This document shows, piece by piece, positions 6,564 to 10,702 of a stretch of 10,702 nt of DNA. Position 1 is the stretch's first letter. Each line of letters begins with the position of its first letter. Where the stretch lies: NCBI GenBank assembly GCA_048939625.1, contig JBHLPH010000045.1:1-10702 (forward strand). Reading direction: 5' to 3'. The translations under genes and the position numbers were made by a program. Origin of the DNA: Promethearchaeota archaeon. GTDB taxonomy: Archaea > Asgardarchaeota > Hermodarchaeia > Hermodarchaeales > Hermodarchaeaceae. The notes under the pieces are model-generated. The model did no database searches. It had not been told where the DNA came from and worked only from the letters and a program-made list of their open reading frames with translations.

Positions 6564-7448
6564 TTAAAGTATCTTAGCAAGCACAGGATCGACCTTTACT
6601 CGATGTTGAGCAAATCCTAACTTCTGTGGTGGAGTGCCGACAGCAAGGTTGAGGAGCTCAGGATAATAGAAAACAGGGAGAGGTGTTTTGTCCTCAGAAT
6701 CCCGTAGTGCAAGACGTTGCATTAAATCAAATTGAAGAGTGCATGCCGGACAAATCAGTACTAAAGCTTCCGCTCCAGCGCGTTTCATGTTTTCAAGCTT
6801 TATGCCAGTCATTTTTAGGGAAAGGTCACGATCTGCAGGACGAGTACCGTATCCACAGCAGTCCATTTCATCAGGAAAAGTCACCGTTTTAGCTCCTAAC
6901 GCACGGACGAGTTGATGAAGAATCGTCGGTCGTTGAGCATCATCAACGTTGAGTAAATTACTAGGTCGGAGAATGTGACAGCCGACATGGACAGCAGCCG
7001 TCAGGTGGGTGAGGGGATGAACAACGGATTCAGCAATTGTTCCCAAGCCGATATCTTCGAAGAGGAGTTGGATGAAATGCTTAACTTTGACCGGTCCTTT
7101 GTACTCATGACCAGTTTTAGCAAGAATGGTATTGATTTCGTCACGAAGCACCTTATTATCGTCAAGAGAGACTGCTGCACCTTTTAACATTTCAAAGCAG
7201 CCGTTACAGGGTGTGAGAATATTCAATCCTGCTTTCTCTGCTACCGCAAGGTTTCGGGCGGAAATAGCTAAGGCCGCGTGGTGATCAATGTGGGGTAAAG
7301 TAAGGGGATTTGGGCAACAACTAAATCCCCCAATATCCTGGGTTTTGATCTCAAAATACATTAATGTCGCCCGCATCGCCACTTCCATGTAAGGGAGACG
7401 ATTTGGAATCACACAACCCATATACAAAGCCCATTCATCTTCGCCCAT
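6564..7448 (-). CDS. hdrB: Heterodisulfide reductase subunit B
   Basis: Two complete CCG domains: GC..SCCP..PCNGC and GCH..DCCG..CPACTLQFD. ATG overlaps the hdrC stop (TGATG); TTG 7451 is an alternative start. Confidence 0.95.
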   Translation of the reverse strand: MGEDEWALYMGCVIPNRLPYMEVAMRATLMYFEIKTQDIGGFSCCPNPLTLPHIDHHAALAISARNLAVAEKAGLNILTPCNGCFEMLKGAAVSLDDNKVLRDEINTILAKTGHEYKGPVKVKHFIQLLFEDIGLGTIAESVVHPLTHLTAAVHVGCHILRPSNLLNVDDAQRPTILHQLVRALGAKTVTFPDEMDCCGYGTRPADRDLSLKMTGIKLENMKRAGAEALVLICPACTLQFDLMQRLALRDSEDKTPLPVFYYPELLNLAVGTPPQKLGFAQHRVKVDPVLAKIL

Positions 7449-8005
7449 CAAGCCTCCCCTCCTTCTTCAGTAGAGACAATTGCCTTGGTTTCTTGCAACT
7501 TTCGCTGTTTCACCTTTTCAAGGCGTTCAAGGAGCTCAGTAGCTTCAGCAATCTTTTGCAGGTTTTTCCCACCGCGATCATGCAAAGGAATGGGAGGTAA
7601 TCCCAGCTCCGCTCGTTTCTTATTAGCTTGATCGCTAGGGGGTAACGCCCATCCAGTCGCTATGATATTTTCGACTTCGGCAACAATATCATCAGGTGTG
7701 ATTCCAATTGAACTAGCTAAATTCTGAAGATCCCTAATCAATTCTGATACTGGGACTTTTTGGGGACAATGCTCTAAACATGCGTGGCAGCTGGTACATA
7801 ACCATAAGGCAGGCTCTGCGAGTAGTGCAGCAGCTTCGCCTTCTAAGGTTGCCTTGACCACCCGCCGTGGATGATAAATCTCGGAACCAGTTAATCGCGA
7901 AACAGGACACGCCGCAACACATGTGCCACAAGCAAAACAACTTTTAGTATCAACCCGTTTCGCCAGTTTCGCTGAAATTTCTTCGAGTTGTTCATCCAGG
8001 TTCAT
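7448..8005 (-). CDS. hdrC: Heterodisulfide reductase subunit C (2x[4Fe-4S])
   Basis: CFACGTCVAACP and LWLCTSCHACLEHCP, plus RAELGLP. ATGA overlap with the hdrA stop. Confidence 0.93.
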   Translation of the reverse strand: MNLDEQLEEISAKLAKRVDTKSCFACGTCVAACPVSRLTGSEIYHPRRVVKATLEGEAAALLAEPALWLCTSCHACLEHCPQKVPVSELIRDLQNLASSIGITPDDIVAEVENIIATGWALPPSDQANKKRAELGLPPIPLHDRGGKNLQKIAEATELLERLEKVKQRKLQETKAIVSTEEGGEA

Positions 8006-10563
8006 TTCACCTTCACCTTTGCCGTCTTTGTCTTCGCTGCTTTCTGTGCCTTTGAATTAGGCTTTGGTTTTGGCTTTCCCTTCTTCATCAGTTTCGCGAG
8101 TCGCTCTTCAATCACAGGACGTAACCGAGTATTCTCTTCAACAATATAGTCATGTCCCATCTCCTTCAACTGCTCAGCCATTTCAGTTGTAACCGCTGCC
8201 CATTTATCACCTTCAGCAGCGGACACCCATTCTAAACGAAATCGCCGTGGATCCATACCAATTCGCTCAAGATACGCGGACATACGCTTCGCCCGCTTCT
8301 CCGCCCACACGTTCCCACTGATATAATGACAGTCGCTCCCTGTTTCCGTTAGACGACACCCTGACATCAACACCATTCCGGCCCCTAACCGAAAAGCTTC
8401 CAAGATGAACTGATCAGACATTCGTCCAGAACACATCACTCGAATGCCCCGAACATTGCTGGGATAATCATACCGGCTGATTCCAGCCAAATCGGCGCCT
8501 GCATAGCTACACCAATTACATAACATTGCGAAAATCTTGTCTTCCGGATTCTCCCGGAGAAGAGCACGAATCTGGTCCATGATCTGGGCATCTGTAAAGT
8601 GCATCTGCTCAATAGCACCCGCTGGACACTCAGCAACGCATGTGCCACAACCGTGACATTTGGCGGGAGTAACAACTGCAGCTTTACCAGGTTCTGCTGA
8701 GATGGCGCCATATGCACACCGGGAAACGCAGATACCACATTTTCCAGTGGCACTACGGCAGAGCTCAGGGTTGACGACCGCGACGATTGGTTCGATTTCC
8801 CATTCATTTTGGGTGATAATGCGTAAGGCTCGTGATGCGGCCGCACTGCCTTGGGCAACGCTTGCAGGGATGTCCTTGGGTCCTTGGGCGGAGCCACAAA
8901 AGAATACGCCTTCTGTGGCGGCGTCCACAGGTTTGAGTTTGGGATGAGCTTCCATGTAAAAGCCTGAAGGGCCGAGGGGTACATTGAGGACGCGAGCAAG
9001 TTCTTCGGTGCCTTTGCTGGGAATAGCAGCTGTACTTAGGATGACCATGTCGTATTCGCGTTTAGTGAATTTGCCAGAAGCCATGTCTTCGGCTTGGACG
9101 AAGAGGTTACGGGTTTGAGGATCTTCGGTTATGCTAGCGGGGCGACCTTGTTGGAAACGGATGCCTGCGCGTCGGGCACGTTGGTAGAATTCTTCATAGT
9201 CTTTGAAGTTGGTTCGGATATCCATGTAATAAATTGTGATTTCAGCATCGGGATATTTTTCATGGATAAGAAGCGCGTTTTTGATTGTGTACATACAACA
9301 GAAGCCGGAGCAGTAAATATTGCTGCGTTCGTCACGGCTGCCAACGCATTGGATGAAGGCGAATCTGTGGGGTTTGGTTTGATCGGAGGGACGAATGACT
9401 TTTCCTTCGGTGGGACCCGCAGCGTTGATGAGGCGTTCCAATTCCATAGCAGTAATCACGTTGGGGTAGACCCCATAACCGTATTCTGTGATTGGTGTGG
9501 GATCATAAGGCTCATAGCCGGTTGCAACAATGATAGCGCCGATGTCGAATTCATGGATTTTTTCAGCATCATCAGGTATAATGGCTTCTTGACCTGCTTT
9601 ATTACACGCCTCGTAACACATCATACATTCTTTGGGAGTAAGACCTAAACAGTGGTCAGGATCAATCAGATATGCAGCGGGAACTGCTTGAGGATATGGT
9701 ATATAGATGGCGTGTCGCCAGCCAAGATTAGCATCAAAATTATTTGGAACTAGGACAGGACATACTTTCTGACAATCCCCACAACTGTTGCACTTGTCGA
9801 TGTCGACATAGCGTGGTCGTTGAGTAACTTGCACTTTAAAATTGCCTACAAACCCTTCAACCTTTGTAACTTCAGCATTCGTGATTAGCTCGATGTTCGG
9901 ATGTCGAGCGACTTCGGCCATCTTTGGCCCGAGGATACAGATGGAACAATCAAGTGTTGGAAAGGTTTTGTCTAAAAGTGCCATAATGCCGCCAACTGTT
10001 GGGGAGCGTTCAACGAGATAGACTTTGTAACCGGCATCAGCGATATCGAGAGCAGCATGGATGCCTGAGACACCACCCCCAATAACCAGCGCAGTATGAG
10101 TGACTGGAACTTTGAGGACTTCTAGTGGTTGGAGGTGGTGAGCTTTTGCAACAGCGCTAGCAATAAGATCGGCAGCTTTTTCCTGACATCCTTCAGGGTC
10201 ACTAGCGTGACACCATGTACCCTGGTCGCGAATATTCGCCATTTCAAAAAAGAACTGGTTGAGACCTGCATCTTCAGTACACCGGCGAAAGGTTGGTTCA
10301 TGCATTCGTGGCGTGCAAGCTGCAACAACCACGCGATCGAGTTTTTCTTCTTTGACTATCCGTTTGATTTCTTCTTGCCCAGGATCTGCGCAGGTGAATT
10401 TATTGACTTTTGATGCTACAACCCCGTCTAATTTTTCTGCGCCTTTCGCTAATGAAAGGCAGTCGACGACTCCTGCAATATTACGTCCACATTCACATAC
10501 AAAAACGCCGATTCGTGGTTTCTTTTCTTTGGGCTGCTTGGCTTTTGCGATGGCGGCCACCAC
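8002..10563 (-). CDS. hdrA: Heterodisulfide reductase subunit A fused to a C-terminal MvhD (hydrogenase delta) domain
   Basis: IGVFVCECGRNI, AACTPRMHE, IGGGVSG, DKTFPTLDCSIC, ELER, IQCVGSRD, YCSGFCCMYTIK, inserted and C-terminal ferredoxin domains, then MvhD motifs CNWCSYAGAD, RVMCSGR, GC..DCHY, WVSAAEG. Confidence 0.96.
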   Translation of the reverse strand: MVAAIAKAKQPKEKKPRIGVFVCECGRNIAGVVDCLSLAKGAEKLDGVVASKVNKFTCADPGQEEIKRIVKEEKLDRVVVAACTPRMHEPTFRRCTEDAGLNQFFFEMANIRDQGTWCHASDPEGCQEKAADLIASAVAKAHHLQPLEVLKVPVTHTALVIGGGVSGIHAALDIADAGYKVYLVERSPTVGGIMALLDKTFPTLDCSICILGPKMAEVARHPNIELITNAEVTKVEGFVGNFKVQVTQRPRYVDIDKCNSCGDCQKVCPVLVPNNFDANLGWRHAIYIPYPQAVPAAYLIDPDHCLGLTPKECMMCYEACNKAGQEAIIPDDAEKIHEFDIGAIIVATGYEPYDPTPITEYGYGVYPNVITAMELERLINAAGPTEGKVIRPSDQTKPHRFAFIQCVGSRDERSNIYCSGFCCMYTIKNALLIHEKYPDAEITIYYMDIRTNFKDYEEFYQRARRAGIRFQQGRPASITEDPQTRNLFVQAEDMASGKFTKREYDMVILSTAAIPSKGTEELARVLNVPLGPSGFYMEAHPKLKPVDAATEGVFFCGSAQGPKDIPASVAQGSAAASRALRIITQNEWEIEPIVAVVNPELCRSATGKCGICVSRCAYGAISAEPGKAAVVTPAKCHGCGTCVAECPAGAIEQMHFTDAQIMDQIRALLRENPEDKIFAMLCNWCSYAGADLAGISRYDYPSNVRGIRVMCSGRMSDQFILEAFRLGAGMVLMSGCRLTETGSDCHYISGNVWAEKRAKRMSAYLERIGMDPRRFRLEWVSAAEGDKWAAVTTEMAEQLKEMGHDYIVEENTRLRPVIEERLAKLMKKGKPKPKPNSKAQKAAKTKTAKVKVK

Positions 10564-10592
10564 CAGTTCTCCATCAATTCACTCCGCTTTCG

Positions 10593-10635
10593 CTTTATAT
10601 TTTTGCAACTTGCATTACTAGGTTGCAAAAGCAAC
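10593..10635 (-). promoter_or_regulatory. hdr operon promoter (BRE/TATA) with overlapping inverted repeats
   Basis: Minus strand GCAAAA-ATATAAAG about 30 nt upstream of the GTG. Inverted repeats TTTTGCAAC-N12-GTTGCAAAA (10601-10630) and GTTGC-N4-GCAAC (10622-10635). Confidence 0.6.
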
Positions 10636-10702
10636 TTAGAAGGGTTTCCATGTTGAATAGAATAGTTTACACTTAGTCAATACTTGTGATGGTTGGTCAC
10701 AC

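Noticed and set aside
8002-10563. Selenocysteine recoding / SECIS for HdrA-MvhD
   Set aside because: No in-frame TGA; the positions that are Sec in other archaea (DCSIC, CNWC, DCHY) are Cys codons.
10549-10563. Kozak-like GCCGCC-ATC alternative start for hdrA
   Set aside because: In-frame GTG codons with an upstream GGAG explain initiation without a non-canonical codon.
1449-10676. Other short ORFs in the track (e.g. 8436-8999, 9094-9648, 6003-6371, 2384-2608)
   Set aside because: Shadow frames overlapping well-supported genes, with no motifs.

Overview
Archaeal chromosomal window, judged from TATA/BRE promoters, GGAGG/GGTGA ribosome-binding sites, a DGGGPL reductase and HdrABC; the lineage cannot be fixed from the sequence. 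The minus strand carries a translationally coupled hdrA(-mvhD fusion)-hdrC-hdrB operon, a geranylgeranyl reductase, a stand-alone 7-bladed WD40 protein, a divergent SF2 (Hef/Mph1- or RIG-I-like) helicase and the 5' end of a SufS-type cysteine desulfurase. The plus strand carries a small Cys-rich HTH regulator and a GT-C-like polytopic membrane protein. The least explained part is the 285-nt gap between convergent genes (3847-4131). It holds a sharply bounded GC island (63% by hand count) with several hairpins, box C/D-like and K-loop-like motifs, and short words resembling conserved SSU rRNA segments. It is a candidate unannotated ncRNA directly downstream of the WD40 gene.
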